UHGV virus genome: UHGV-0110231
Strand: one strand, 5' to 3'
Length of the DNA: 41,294 nucleotides
Origin: a virus
Shown here in pieces: positions 1-8,392 of this stretch; within the stretch, counting starts at the first letter, position 1; each line of letters starts with the position of its first letter. The notes under the pieces were generated by a model, which saw only the letters and a program-made list of their open reading frames with translations, searched no databases and was not told where the DNA came from. A program made the translations under genes and the position numbers.

Positions 1-53
1 GCGTGGTGTATGACATCAGCGGCAAGCCGCCAGCTACCATTGAGTGGGAATGA
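1..53 (+). CDS. guaA: 3' end of GMP synthase gene (partial; C-terminus ...VVYDISGKPPATIEWE*)
   Basis: In-frame translation ends in the conserved GuaA C-terminal motif PPATIEWE; stop TGA at 51-53 lies inside the att core; gene neighbourhood (yfgI/H/G/F on the other side of the prophage) fits. Confidence 0.6.
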   Translation, partial: VVYDISGKPPATIEWE

Positions 54-55
54 TT
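39..55. repeat. attL core (ATTGAGTGGGAATGATT)
   Basis: Exact 17-bp direct repeat with 38830..38846; overlaps the guaA stop codon. Confidence 0.75.
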
Positions 56-101
56 AACAGCTAACTCATAGCAAATCATTCCTATTCAGATGTCAACTCA
101 A

Positions 102-131
102 CCCTCTGTTTTTGCAGAGGGTTTTTGTTTT
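102..131 (+). terminator. Rho-independent terminator, phage-supplied copy that replaces the native guaA terminator
   Basis: Hairpin CCCTCTG-tttttg-CAGAGGG followed by a T-run; near-duplicate of the host terminator at 38873..38898. Confidence 0.55.
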
Positions 132-188
132 TATGTATTCATTTCTATTCACTCTACACCATATTTTTCGGCGGTACAGGTGACGGTA

Positions 189-203
189 TTACCTTAAAGG
201 TAT
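189..203. promoter_or_regulatory. Operator-like palindrome TTACC-N5-GGTAt upstream of int
   Basis: TTACCTTAAAGGTAT; member of the recurrent TTACC-N5-GGTAA family. Confidence 0.4.
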
Positions 204-245
204 ACTCTCATACCGTCATGAAAATGGTTTCTATATGGGTGAATT

Positions 246-1496
246 GTGCTTACCGATACAAAATTAAAAAACCTCAAGCCGCAGGACAAACTGTACAAGG
301 TCTCCGATCGTGACGGGCTGTATGTAGCTGTGCTTACGTCAGGCACGGTCTCGTTTCGCTATGACTACCGTATCAACGGTCGCCGCGAAACACTGGTAAT
401 CGGGCAGTATGGGCGTGACGGTATCAGCCTGGCAGAAGCGCGAGAAGAACTGATTGCTGCAAAGAAGCTGCTTAAAGCAGGCCAGTCACCGGCTGCGGCT
501 AAACGTGACGGTATCAAAAAGATTCGTGGTGCCGAGACGTTTGCGGTACATACCGACAGTTATATGAAACACGTCATCCTGGCTGACAGTACCCGCGCAA
601 TGAAGCAGGCGGTGATCGACCGTGACATACTTCCGGTTCTTGGCAACAAAATGATGGCTGAAATTACCACATCGATGGTTCGTGATTTGTGTGACCGGAT
701 TGTCGAACGCGGTGGTCGGGCAACAGCAGTACAGGCCAGGGAGATCATCAGCAGCGTATACCGTCACGCCAATGACCGTGGTCATGGTTTGTTTAATCCT
801 GCCGCTGACATTAAACCTTCGTCTATCGCCATATTTAAACCACGAGAGCGAACACTGACACCAGAAGAAATTGGCCTGTTCTTCCGCACGCTGGATGCCA
901 TTGGTGCTATGGGCACTATGAAAATGGCTTTAAAGCTGGTGCTTATCACTATGGTTCGTAAAGGCGAATTCACCAATGCAACGTGGGATGAAATAGATTT
1001 TAAAAAATGGACATGGACAATTCCTTCAGACCGCATGAAGGGAAGCCGGGCGCACGTTATTTACCTGCCTAAACAGGCACAGGATATATTGGTTGGGTTG
1101 CAGATGTGCGCTGGTGGAAGTGAATATCTGGTTCCTGGTCGTTACAATTTCCGGAAGCCATTATCTAATGCCGCGCTGAACTCTCTGATCGACAGAACGG
1201 TGAAAATAATAAATGAAGATGGTGAGCGTATTCAGGACTTCACCGTACACGATATGCGCCGTACAGCAAGTACGTTGTTGCATGAGGCTGGTTATCCTTC
1301 AGACTGGATTGAAAAGGCTCTGGCACATGAGCAGAAAGGTGTGCGCGCCGTATATAACAAAGCGGAATACGCCAGACAGCGCGCCTACATGTTGCAGCAG
1401 TGGGCCGATATGATTGATTCCTGGATTGACGGGGAGCATACGGATCTGATTCCGTTCTCCCCGTCTAAGTTTGAGAAGTTGATGGCGGGGGAATAA
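246..1496 (+). CDS. int: Tyrosine integrase, P4/CP4-57 type
   Basis: 416 aa; N-terminus LTDTKLKNLKP...GLYVAV...FRYDYRINGRRETLVIGQY matches the P4-type arm-binding domain; GTG start; sits next to attL. Confidence 0.85.
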   Translation: MLTDTKLKNLKPQDKLYKVSDRDGLYVAVLTSGTVSFRYDYRINGRRETLVIGQYGRDGISLAEAREELIAAKKLLKAGQSPAAAKRDGIKKIRGAETFAVHTDSYMKHVILADSTRAMKQAVIDRDILPVLGNKMMAEITTSMVRDLCDRIVERGGRATAVQAREIISSVYRHANDRGHGLFNPAADIKPSSIAIFKPRERTLTPEEIGLFFRTLDAIGAMGTMKMALKLVLITMVRKGEFTNATWDEIDFKKWTWTIPSDRMKGSRAHVIYLPKQAQDILVGLQMCAGGSEYLVPGRYNFRKPLSNAALNSLIDRTVKIINEDGERIQDFTVHDMRRTASTLLHEAGYPSDWIEKALAHEQKGVRAVYNKAEYARQRAYMLQQWADMIDSWIDGEHTDLIPFSPSKFEKLMAGE

Positions 1497-1499
1497 CGT

Positions 1500-1694
1500 T
1501 TAATAGTTCTGCTGATTTTCTTCCATCTCTGCTTCTGCTGCCAGTGATTCAATTTTATCTGCGAATATTGCTGACAGTGTTGCAAATTCAGCATCAGTGA
1601 CAGCGGGAACTGGAACAAACCTGATCCCGCTGTGTGCAAGCATGTTTGCAGTTTCAAGACATTTCCTTAAATCTGCTGGTGATGCCCTGTTCAT
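1500..1694 (-). CDS. Hypothetical small protein (64 aa; the longer ORF to 1814 overlaps the methyltransferase)
   Basis: Internal ATG gives a 4-nt ATGA overlap with the upstream methyltransferase stop, suggesting translational coupling. Confidence 0.4.
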   Translation of the reverse strand: MNRASPADLRKCLETANMLAHSGIRFVPVPAVTDAEFATLSAIFADKIESLAAEAEMEENQQNY

Positions 1695-2341
1695 GCTGCA
1701 CGCTCCCGCCCCTGGTTGTCTGTTGGTGACAGCAGAGCATTGCTGAATGCATTTGTTAATCCGCCAATATCCAACGCGTATCCTGGGTGTAGTTGCACTG
1801 CCGGGTCTTCGCACTGATTACCCCAAACATCGAAACCATGAGACGACTGGCGGGCGAACAGTTCAATGCGAGAAACATCGCCTAACAATTGCACAAGTTT
1901 TTCACGAACGACATCTGGTTTTCTTGAATGCTCAAGCCGCGGTGCGGTAAATGACTGAACGATCCCTGCATTAATGCGCGGAGGTAGTTTTCCCTTTACT
2001 GCAAACAGGCAATCTTCACTATTGGCGCGAGTCATGTGTCCCATACCCATAACCAGTTTATCTGGTTGTCGACTACCACATTTTATCCATGTGAAGCCCT
2101 TCATGGTCATCAGACGGAATCCCCAGGCTTCAACAACTTTTAGAGCTTCGAGTGGTTGTGTTGGCACCCACCACATGGCCAACAGACAGTTTTCATCGGC
2201 CAAATCCCACACAGGAAGGCGGCAGATATCCATCACACTCATAACCGGATATTTAAAACCGGCACCGCGATTACCATCTGCGGCTTTGTCCCGGTATACC
2301 CAGGGTGGATCTGCATAGATTAGTGTGTATTTCTTAGTCAT
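1691..2341 (-). CDS. MT-A70-family N6-adenine DNA methyltransferase (orphan)
   Basis: 216 aa; catalytic DPPW motif within TLIYADPPWVY; no adjacent restriction endonuclease. Confidence 0.75.
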   Translation of the reverse strand: MTKKYTLIYADPPWVYRDKAADGNRGAGFKYPVMSVMDICRLPVWDLADENCLLAMWWVPTQPLEALKVVEAWGFRLMTMKGFTWIKCGSRQPDKLVMGMGHMTRANSEDCLFAVKGKLPPRINAGIVQSFTAPRLEHSRKPDVVREKLVQLLGDVSRIELFARQSSHGFDVWGNQCEDPAVQLHPGYALDIGGLTNAFSNALLSPTDNQGRERAA

Positions 2342-2633
2342 AAACCACCCCGCAACATCCTATACCGCTATAGTCGCCACGGCGAAGGCCGTTACCTTTT
2401 GTGATACATTGGTCCCTGCGAACCGCGATCCTTGCACGCTCAACATCACCAGAAGCAACATCCATACACTGAAGCCAAAGGTGAGCGGCAATGCGGAACT
2501 GTCCTTTTTTCTCTCTTTCAATTGCGCGTTTTTCGATCTCTATCGCCGCAGGAGTAACGGCGACAATCTTTGACGGACTGCGCATTGAAACCTTGTTCAT
2601 GTGATATTTTTCAAGTCGGCTTAACTTTCTCAC
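2334..2633 (-). CDS. Hypothetical protein
   Basis: 99-aa ORF in the leftward early operon; overlaps the methyltransferase start by 8 nt. Confidence 0.4.
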   Translation of the reverse strand: MRKLSRLEKYHMNKVSMRSPSKIVAVTPAAIEIEKRAIEREKKGQFRIAAHLWLQCMDVASGDVERARIAVRRDQCITKGNGLRRGDYSGIGCCGVVYD

Positions 2634-2742
2634 TTAATCCAACCCTCTCTGAAAATTAATGCCAGCAGATAAAGCCATGCTGAAACAGAGGACAGGAATA
2701 AGTACCATCCTGACCATTTGCTCCAGTTCCTTAGCAGCACAC

Positions 2743-2991
2743 TCATGCAGCGTTGCTCACAGGACGATATACACGTTGCTGAACAGGAGGCTTTTTACCC
2801 TGAAACTCTGCCGGGCTTGCTGCCTGACGTTCATCAAGCCAACGCTCAACTTCGTCACGGTTCCATGCGCAGCGTTTGTCAGTGATATACCAGCGTTTAG
2901 GAAATTCACCTGCGCGCTCCATACGGTCGATAGTGCTCCATGACAGTGGCACCACCGCCAGGAGTTCCTTCTTACCTAATGCACCTTTCAT
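2743..2991 (-). CDS. xis: AlpA-family excisionase / DNA-binding regulator
   Basis: 82 aa; LLAVVPLSWSTIDRMERAGEFPKRWYI...RDEVERWL matches the AlpA/Xis HTH pattern. Confidence 0.65.
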   Translation of the reverse strand: MKGALGKKELLAVVPLSWSTIDRMERAGEFPKRWYITDKRCAWNRDEVERWLDERQAASPAEFQGKKPPVQQRVYRPVSNAA

Positions 2992-3040
2992 AAATACCTC
3001 TCTTGGTTGCAGTGCGGCGCGCGTGGCGCCGCGGTGGTGG

Positions 3041-3922
3041 TTACATAGATGTTTCGTTTAATTCTTCCCGACGAACGCTGTAAACGTCGGTGGCTTTTGC
3101 CAGCAGTTCGTCATCATCTGAAAGTTTTTGTGCAATGTATTTGTAAGCCTTATCCAGTTCGGAGACAGTGCTGTAATTCATCGCTGCGCTGGTAAAGGCC
3201 ATCAGCATTTCTTCTGGATCACGGCTATCCGCTTTACGCGTTTGCTCATCATGCTTTTTCACTGGTTTAGCGTTGATCAGACTGTTCATTCCCGCAGCAG
3301 TAGTCGTTTGCGGAGTAATGTCTCGCTCAACGCGCGGTGCCGTTTCCTGTAATTCGTCAGGGGTGTAAACACCGAGAAGCACATCAGGAGCGTGCAGGCG
3401 AGCCCATCGTTTCGTGCAAAGATAGGCAAGCTGCTGGCGCGGATCCTGTTCCCACAATGGAGAGTTACGCACTCCGGCTTGCGCCATACTGATGGTAAGC
3501 TCACGGGGTTCTGCTTCTCCTTTAAGAACTGCTGACACAGTTACCGTCAGATTCGGTGATTTATCTGTTTTGCCGTTAACATTCGACCAGTCACCGCTCC
3601 AGCGATAATTCAGGCGTGTCGCCAGCAGGCTGGAAGAGGATACGACCGCGTTTACCAACTGTGCTTCGTAGCCTAACGTTCCGTTTACCACATGCGTTTT
3701 CTGCGCCACGGCGAAAGGGTTCATTCCCCACTGTGCCGCCTGCATGGTCACCGCCAGACAATCGGCAGGTTTGCCTTCAAGATGTTTCGGTACAGTCGCT
3801 TTGCTTTGTGACATCAACTCCGCGAAACGCACCAGTTGATTCATGCCCTCCGGGCTGAAGATTGCCGCAGCAGTACCTACAGTTGCGCCTGGTTGTGATG
3901 TGATTGCGATATCATTGCTCAT
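3041..3922 (-). CDS. RecT/Bet-like single-strand annealing recombinase
   Basis: 293 aa; sits immediately downstream of, and coupled to, the exonuclease gene; RecT-like central region. Confidence 0.6.
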   Translation of the reverse strand: MSNDIAITSQPGATVGTAAAIFSPEGMNQLVRFAELMSQSKATVPKHLEGKPADCLAVTMQAAQWGMNPFAVAQKTHVVNGTLGYEAQLVNAVVSSSSLLATRLNYRWSGDWSNVNGKTDKSPNLTVTVSAVLKGEAEPRELTISMAQAGVRNSPLWEQDPRQQLAYLCTKRWARLHAPDVLLGVYTPDELQETAPRVERDITPQTTTAAGMNSLINAKPVKKHDEQTRKADSRDPEEMLMAFTSAAMNYSTVSELDKAYKYIAQKLSDDDELLAKATDVYSVRREELNETSM

Positions 3923-4740
3923 ACGTACATATCCTGTTTACGTGCCCAGTCAGGGCGTTTAATAATTTCCACGCCGCCCCATTCATCATTGATGCGGCAT
4001 TCGTGATAGGTATTCAGATCCCGGCGGAACAGAGCGTGCCCGGCATCGACATCCGGCGCATCCAGCTCGAACACGCGTACCGGATACCGACCACAATCAA
4101 TGCTTTCGCTCACGGCAAGAAAGAAAAAACCATGCGACTGACCAGTAACCCTCATCGCTCCTTCGCGGTACATTGCGTCCTGCACGTGGTAGCGGAATTC
4201 CTCGATGTGGCGTGCAAAACGATCCATATCTGCAACCTTTTTCACGTCGACGATCACGTTGTGCTCGTTCAGCCATTTGTCTGGACGAATTCGGCACAAC
4301 TCACCAGTCTCTTCATCATTCCAGTACATTGATGCTTCGCAGTAACCAGGTGCTTCCAGCATCCAGCGTGCCGCCGGGTGAGCCATTGCGCTATCACGCA
4401 TCAGCTCCAGTTTCCGCCACTGCTCGGCATCAAGTACCGTAATCCCCATATCCGCTACATCACGAAGAAATGCTTCTTCGTCAGCTTTACCTTGTTTCGT
4501 CCGACGATCGAACTTCGGTGAAACAATGAAGCGTTTGTCGAATTCTCCAGGCTCCAGAAGCAGACAGTGCAATGCGGTTCCCATATCCAGTGCAGACTTT
4601 TTCTCTTCGTCTTCTGGTGCTGCCTGAACCCATTTAAGAAGCGCCGGATTCTTGGCAACCATGTCCAGTTGCGACTTACTCACGCCGTCACCGGCGTGGT
4701 AGTCTTCGTTGCTGATGTCGAAATAAATTCCCGGTTTCAT
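3919..4740 (-). CDS. PD-(D/E)XK recombination exonuclease (YqaJ-like)
   Basis: 273 aa; YqaJ-like N-terminus (FDISNEDYHAGDGVSKSQL) and D...E.K signature (IVDVKK); 4-nt overlap with the annealase gene. Confidence 0.65.
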   Translation of the reverse strand: MKPGIYFDISNEDYHAGDGVSKSQLDMVAKNPALLKWVQAAPEDEEKKSALDMGTALHCLLLEPGEFDKRFIVSPKFDRRTKQGKADEEAFLRDVADMGITVLDAEQWRKLELMRDSAMAHPAARWMLEAPGYCEASMYWNDEETGELCRIRPDKWLNEHNVIVDVKKVADMDRFARHIEEFRYHVQDAMYREGAMRVTGQSHGFFFLAVSESIDCGRYPVRVFELDAPDVDAGHALFRRDLNTYHECRINDEWGGVEIIKRPDWARKQDMYV

Positions 4741-5036
4741 GCCGCTTCCCTCTGCCCATCAATCCGATCCGCCAGATCCCAGCGGGCGATAATTGCCATT
4801 GCCTCGCGCCGGTAGGCATCCATAAGTTCTTCGAACTCAGGGCTGTCTTTAGCTGCCTCCAGCACTTCCTGGCGAACTCCTTTGCCTGTTACAGCGTCAA
4901 AAGTTGAGGCCAGTTGATGAAGCCGGATGCTCTCGATCAGTTCAACTTGTCGGTCATATAGCTGTTCTGACAGGCGGTAGTCCTTGTCGAATGCCAGCAT
5001 GATTTTTTGAAGATTTTTCTGCTGATTAACGTTCAT
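4737..5036 (-). CDS. Hypothetical early protein
   Basis: ORF with GGGAGGG Shine-Dalgarno before the ATG at 5036; coupled to the exonuclease gene. Confidence 0.45.
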   Translation of the reverse strand: MNVNQQKNLQKIMLAFDKDYRLSEQLYDRQVELIESIRLHQLASTFDAVTGKGVRQEVLEAAKDSPEFEELMDAYRREAMAIIARWDLADRIDGQREAA

Positions 5037-5038
5037 TA

Positions 5039-5191
5039 TCAGCCCTCCCATATCTCGTTATCGTTGGCCACATCGCGAGCTTCTTTGCTGACGAAAGCCC
5101 ACTTAATGCCTTCCTGTAAGGTGCGGAACTTCCAGCTCATGAATCCGCATGCAGTAACGCAGTACCAACCGTTGATGATTTTCCACTGCAT
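5039..5191 (-). CDS. Hypothetical small protein (50 aa, Trp/Cys-rich)
   Basis: Not in the ORF track (under 60 aa); has a GAGG Shine-Dalgarno; first gene after the putative leftward promoter. Confidence 0.3.
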   Translation of the reverse strand: MQWKIINGWYCVTACGFMSWKFRTLQEGIKWAFVSKEARDVANDNEIWEG

Positions 5192-5210
5192 AACTTGTTA
5201 CCTCGGTCTG

Positions 5211-5225
5211 TTACCGTTGAGGTAA
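5211..5225. promoter_or_regulatory. Operator-like palindrome (putative PL region)
   Basis: TTACCGTTGAGGTAA; nested in a larger inverted repeat TTACCTC...GAGGTAA. Confidence 0.5.
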
Positions 5226-5272
5226 TAATTATGCGTATTTGGTTTGATGTCAATAGATATGAGTTGAAAAAA

Positions 5273-5287
5273 TTACCTATTAGGTAA
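5273..5287. promoter_or_regulatory. Operator-like palindrome (putative PL region)
   Basis: TTACCTATTAGGTAA, a perfect TTACC-N5-GGTAA. Confidence 0.5.
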
Positions 5288-5300
5288 TAGTATAGGCAAT

Positions 5301-5322
5301 AAAAAAGCCGCCAGAAGGCGGC
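5301..5322 (-). terminator. Rho-independent terminator after the repressor gene
   Basis: Hairpin GCCGCC-agaa-GGCGGC followed by a T-run on the minus strand. Confidence 0.6.
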
Positions 5323-5344
5323 TTACTTACTGAAAAGTATGATT

Positions 5345-5929
5345 TTATTGTTTGTTTTTTTCGTTCTGGTTGATGACAAATTCAATGTAACTTTCGATCT
5401 TTGCTTTCTCGGTTTCGGGTAACAATGCGTAGCGCGAGCGGTCATAGTTGATGGTCGCAGGGTCGTGCGGGTGAATCAGTAATTCATAGCCGTGACGCCC
5501 GAATGCGGATGCAACATTCTCCAGGGTGGAAATGGAAACGCTGACCTCATTGTTTAACAGGCGGCTGATTGTCACCTGGGCGACGCCGGATGCGCGGTGA
5601 AGTTTTCCCTGTGTTGAAAGGTCGCGGCTTTCGCTCATCCAGCGTTCCAGGTTGTGAGCCGCCAGCTGACCAATGTCGCTTGGGCCGACAGGCTGAAAAC
5701 CTTCCTGAGAAAGCGAGCGATCGATATCAAGCCAGTTACGGGGTTTATTGGCGGCAGCTTCAATTTTTCGCGCAACCTGGTCGCCGATAACCTTCTTGCC
5801 AAGAGCCCAGCGGTTTACCAGATTTGCCTGAGTTCCAAGTTTTTCTGCCATCCGCGTCTGAACACCATTGAATTCACGGTCGATCAAGTCGTTGAGATTT
5901 TGCCTGCGGACGTCCTGGATACTTTTCAT
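5345..5929 (-). CDS. Prophage repressor with two HTH (XRE-type) domains and no recognisable S24 peptidase domain
   Basis: 194 aa; N-terminal HTH (MAEKLGTQANLVNRWALGKK) and a second HTH (ASGVAQVTISRLLNNEVSVSISTLENVASAFG); divergent from the cro-like gene across an operator cluster. Confidence 0.7.
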   Translation of the reverse strand: MKSIQDVRRQNLNDLIDREFNGVQTRMAEKLGTQANLVNRWALGKKVIGDQVARKIEAAANKPRNWLDIDRSLSQEGFQPVGPSDIGQLAAHNLERWMSESRDLSTQGKLHRASGVAQVTISRLLNNEVSVSISTLENVASAFGRHGYELLIHPHDPATINYDRSRYALLPETEKAKIESYIEFVINQNEKNKQ

Positions 5930-5984
5930 TTTCTGGAAAATCGCCTCGTATATGAATCAGTAGATGATTCAATTTAAAGCAATA

Positions 5985-5999
5985 TTACCCAACAGGTAA
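5985..5999. promoter_or_regulatory. Operator site 1 in the repressor/cro intergenic region
   Basis: TTACCCAACAGGTAA. Confidence 0.55.
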
Positions 6000-6001
6000 A
6001 T

Positions 6002-6016
6002 GCACCTCATAGGTAA
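6002..6016. promoter_or_regulatory. Operator site 2 (degenerate)
   Basis: GCACCTCATAGGTAA. Confidence 0.4.
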
Positions 6017-6032
6017 CTATCCTTGATTTTTG

Positions 6033-6047
6033 TTACCTTATGGGTGA
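6033..6047. promoter_or_regulatory. Operator site 3, between the putative -35 (TTGATT) and -10 (GAATAT) of a rightward promoter
   Basis: TTACCTTATGGGTGA. Confidence 0.5.
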
Positions 6048-6083
6048 ATATTTATTATCTGAAATAAATATCAGGCAATAGCT

Positions 6084-6314
6084 ATGAGCGATAACGGACA
6101 TTTCGATTTCAAAAAGCACTGGCTTGCACTTACTCCGGATGAGCGTGAAGCCTTCGCACAGGAAGCCGGAACGACGAGTCACTATATCCAGACTCACTTA
6201 ACAGGTAAGCGCAAAATGCCAGGTAAAGTATTGATGAATGGGCTTTTTAAAGCCTGTAAAACAAGACAATGGCTGCGCTCAAAAGCAGAACTGGCATACT
6301 TCTTCTACTCATGA
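6084..6314 (+). CDS. Cro-like HTH regulator
   Basis: 76 aa; first rightward gene after the operators; HTH-like segment EAGTTSHYIQTHLTGKRKMP. Confidence 0.55.
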   Translation: MSDNGHFDFKKHWLALTPDEREAFAQEAGTTSHYIQTHLTGKRKMPGKVLMNGLFKACKTRQWLRSKAELAYFFYS

Positions 6315-6336
6315 TATCCAGCCACAACCCTCTGTA

Positions 6337-6359
6337 GACCGCCATCCGGCGGTCTTTTC
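6337..6359 (+). terminator. Rho-independent terminator after the cro-like gene (tR1-like)
   Basis: Hairpin GACCGCC-atcc-GGCGGTC followed by TTTTC. Confidence 0.6.
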
Positions 6360-6369
6360 ATATCTATTC

Positions 6370-6384
6370 TTACCTCAAAGGTAA
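6370..6384. promoter_or_regulatory. Operator-like palindrome downstream of the terminator
   Basis: TTACCTCAAAGGTAA. Confidence 0.5.
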
Positions 6385-6464
6385 TAAAAAACCAAATCTG
6401 GTTGATCTTTTTTTTGTGTCAGCACAAAATAACCGTAATCCCAATACTAATAACAGGGCTTACC

Positions 6465-6665
6465 ATGGAAATCATTACACGTATTGATGCCGCAAAGCGC
6501 GGACTTAAACGCTACTACACCGGAAAACCATGTAAGCACGGACATGACAGTGAACGCTGGGTTTACAACGGACACTGTGTTGAGTGCACCATGGAATCAA
6601 ACCGTCGCATCAGGGCAGAGATTAAGCAGATCATGATTAATTCCTCCCCACAACACTCAAGCTGA
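6465..6665 (+). CDS. Small Cys/His-rich (zinc-binding?) protein in the cII position
   Basis: 66 aa; motif KPCKHGH...NGHCVEC. Confidence 0.45.
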   Translation: MEIITRIDAAKRGLKRYYTGKPCKHGHDSERWVYNGHCVECTMESNRRIRAEIKQIMINSSPQHSS

Positions 6666-6680
6666 TAGCGGAGATTAATC

Positions 6681-7496
6681 ATGAGCAGACATGCAACAGA
6701 TTGGGCCTGGGAGACAGATCCAGGTAGCTCATCATTAAAGCTCATACTGCTCTCGATGGCTGACAGAGCCGATGAATATAACCTCTGCTACCCCAGCATA
6801 GAACGCCTCGTTAAAGACACTTGCCTGAATAAAAAAACCGTGCAGGCCGGGCTTATATCGCTCATGAAAATGGGGCTTATTTCAGATACCGGAGAGAGAA
6901 AGGGAGCGACAAAAAGAGTGCGGGTTTTCTCTCTTAATATAACCAAAAACGGGAACATTAAAGGCAACCGGGAGGGTGGCAATGAACCCGAAAACGGTAA
7001 TGTTACCGAAAACGGGAATATACCCAAAAACGGGATGTTGAATGATCCCAAAAACGGGATGTTGAATGATCCCAAAAACGGGATCCAGAACCAGTCATAT
7101 AACCAGTCATTTAACCAAGAGAGGGAGAGCAGGACAAAAAACGGGGATTCTGTGCATCATGACCCCGGCGCAAACAACGCCGTGATGAATAACTTTGTTC
7201 CTCCTGGTGGGCCAGGGCAATTAGGCAAATTTGTCATGCATGAACAATGGCAGCCATCAGATGACTTTCTTCGGAAAAGCTCATTGCAGGGGATCTACCT
7301 GGACAGTCTGCCAACGGCACAGGAACTTGCAGAGTTCAGAATTTACTGGATGGCTGAGGGTAAGGCATACCATCAGGCACAGTGGGAGCAGAAGCTGGCA
7401 AGGCGGCTGCAGATTAGCAGACAGAAGCAATCAACATTACCTGATAACAACGTTCCGCACTGGAACAGCCCTGAAGCATGGGAGGATTTCTTGTGA
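6681..7496 (+). CDS. Replication initiator (lambda O-like replisome organiser) with N-terminal winged-helix domain
   Basis: 271 aa; N-terminal HTH; iterons embedded in the coding sequence, as in lambda O. Confidence 0.65.
   Translation: MSRHATDWAWETDPGSSSLKLILLSMADRADEYNLCYPSIERLVKDTCLNKKTVQAGLISLMKMGLISDTGERKGATKRVRVFSLNITKNGNIKGNREGGNEPENGNVTENGNIPKNGMLNDPKNGMLNDPKNGIQNQSYNQSFNQERESRTKNGDSVHHDPGANNAVMNNFVPPGGPGQLGKFVMHEQWQPSDDFLRKSSLQGIYLDSLPTAQELAEFRIYWMAEGKAYHQAQWEQKLARRLQISRQKQSTLPDNNVPHWNSPEAWEDFL
6943..7083. repeat. Putative replication origin iterons (CCAAAAACGGGA, at least 5 copies including two exact 24-bp tandem units)
   Basis: Copies at 6943, 7006, 7024, 7048 and 7072, plus variants at 6988 and 7134; they encode the PKNGMLND peptide repeats. 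Confidence 0.6.
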
Positions 7497-8278
7497 ACAA
7501 CGTTTTTACCGCGATACAAAACCGTGACGGAGAAGCCCTTTCTCGCATGTCAGGTTATGAGCATCAGTACACCAACAATGACAACGTGGTGAACATGTCA
7601 GCAGAGAGGCTTGTTGATGCCCTTTTCAAACAGCTGAAACAACTGTTTCCGGCGGCAGTGGTAACCAACCTGAAGACGCCAGAGCAGGAAGTTGCTGCAA
7701 AACAGCAGTGGATTGCTGCGTTTGCCGAAGGGGGGATCCGAACCCGTGAACAGGTTTCTGCTGGTATGCGCCACGCCCGCGCCAGTGAGTCTCCGTTCTG
7801 GCCGTCGCCAGGGCAATTCATCAAGTGGTGTAAAGACAGCAAGATGGTTCTTGGCGTCACCATTGACGATGTGATGGCGGAGTTTCACCGGTACAGCAAG
7901 GAAAAAAGTTTATATCCTGGTGGTCCCGAAAGATTCCCGTGGCGACATCCGGTTATGTACTGGGTCGTATGTGATACCCGCCGTGCAATGTATCAGCGCC
8001 AGCTTAGCGAGATTGAGGTTGAGAAACACGCGCGCAGGCTGCTCGATGATTGGGCGAAAAAGGTGGCTTCCGGACAGCAGATACCCGATCCGGTGATCAG
8101 CATACAGGCAAAGCCAGAACCCATGAGTACGCCTCCGGACACAGGGAGAGACGTTTACCATCCACCAGGGCGAAGTTTCGGGTGCATGCCTAACGCCGCC
8201 ACCCTTGGGGGAATAACACCGGCGCAGTGGCTGATGGAGGAATACAGGCGGGGAAAGGCGTCAGGATTTATCAAGTAA
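7493..8278 (+). CDS. Replication protein (lambda P-like helicase-loader position)
   Basis: GTG start with GGGAGGA Shine-Dalgarno (alternative ATG at 7478); immediately follows and overlaps the O-like gene. Confidence 0.5.
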   Translation: MNNVFTAIQNRDGEALSRMSGYEHQYTNNDNVVNMSAERLVDALFKQLKQLFPAAVVTNLKTPEQEVAAKQQWIAAFAEGGIRTREQVSAGMRHARASESPFWPSPGQFIKWCKDSKMVLGVTIDDVMAEFHRYSKEKSLYPGGPERFPWRHPVMYWVVCDTRRAMYQRQLSEIEVEKHARRLLDDWAKKVASGQQIPDPVISIQAKPEPMSTPPDTGRDVYHPPGRSFGCMPNAATLGGITPAQWLMEEYRRGKASGFIK

Positions 8279-8315
8279 TACCAGCGCGATAGCGCATTTT
8301 TTTACGTCTCGATAA

Positions 8316-8330
8316 TTACCTTAGAGGTAA
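8316..8330. promoter_or_regulatory. Operator-like palindrome
   Basis: TTACCTTAGAGGTAA. Confidence 0.5.
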
Positions 8331-8377
8331 TAAAATATTCTAAAATCTATTGATTTCGTGTCTTATGTGGTTTTTAA

Positions 8378-8392
8378 TTACCTAAGGGGTAA
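8378..8392. promoter_or_regulatory. Operator-like palindrome, 4 nt before the ATG at 8396
   Basis: TTACCTAAGGGGTAA. Confidence 0.5.

Noticed and set aside
125-313. 62-aa ORF overlapping the integrase start
   Set aside because: Different frame from int, overlaps the int initiation region, and the sequence upstream is occupied by the operator-like and arm-type sites; likely spurious
1691-2341. Restriction-modification system
   Set aside because: Only a methyltransferase is present; neighbouring ORFs are small and show no nuclease motifs, so it is an orphan MTase rather than an R-M pair
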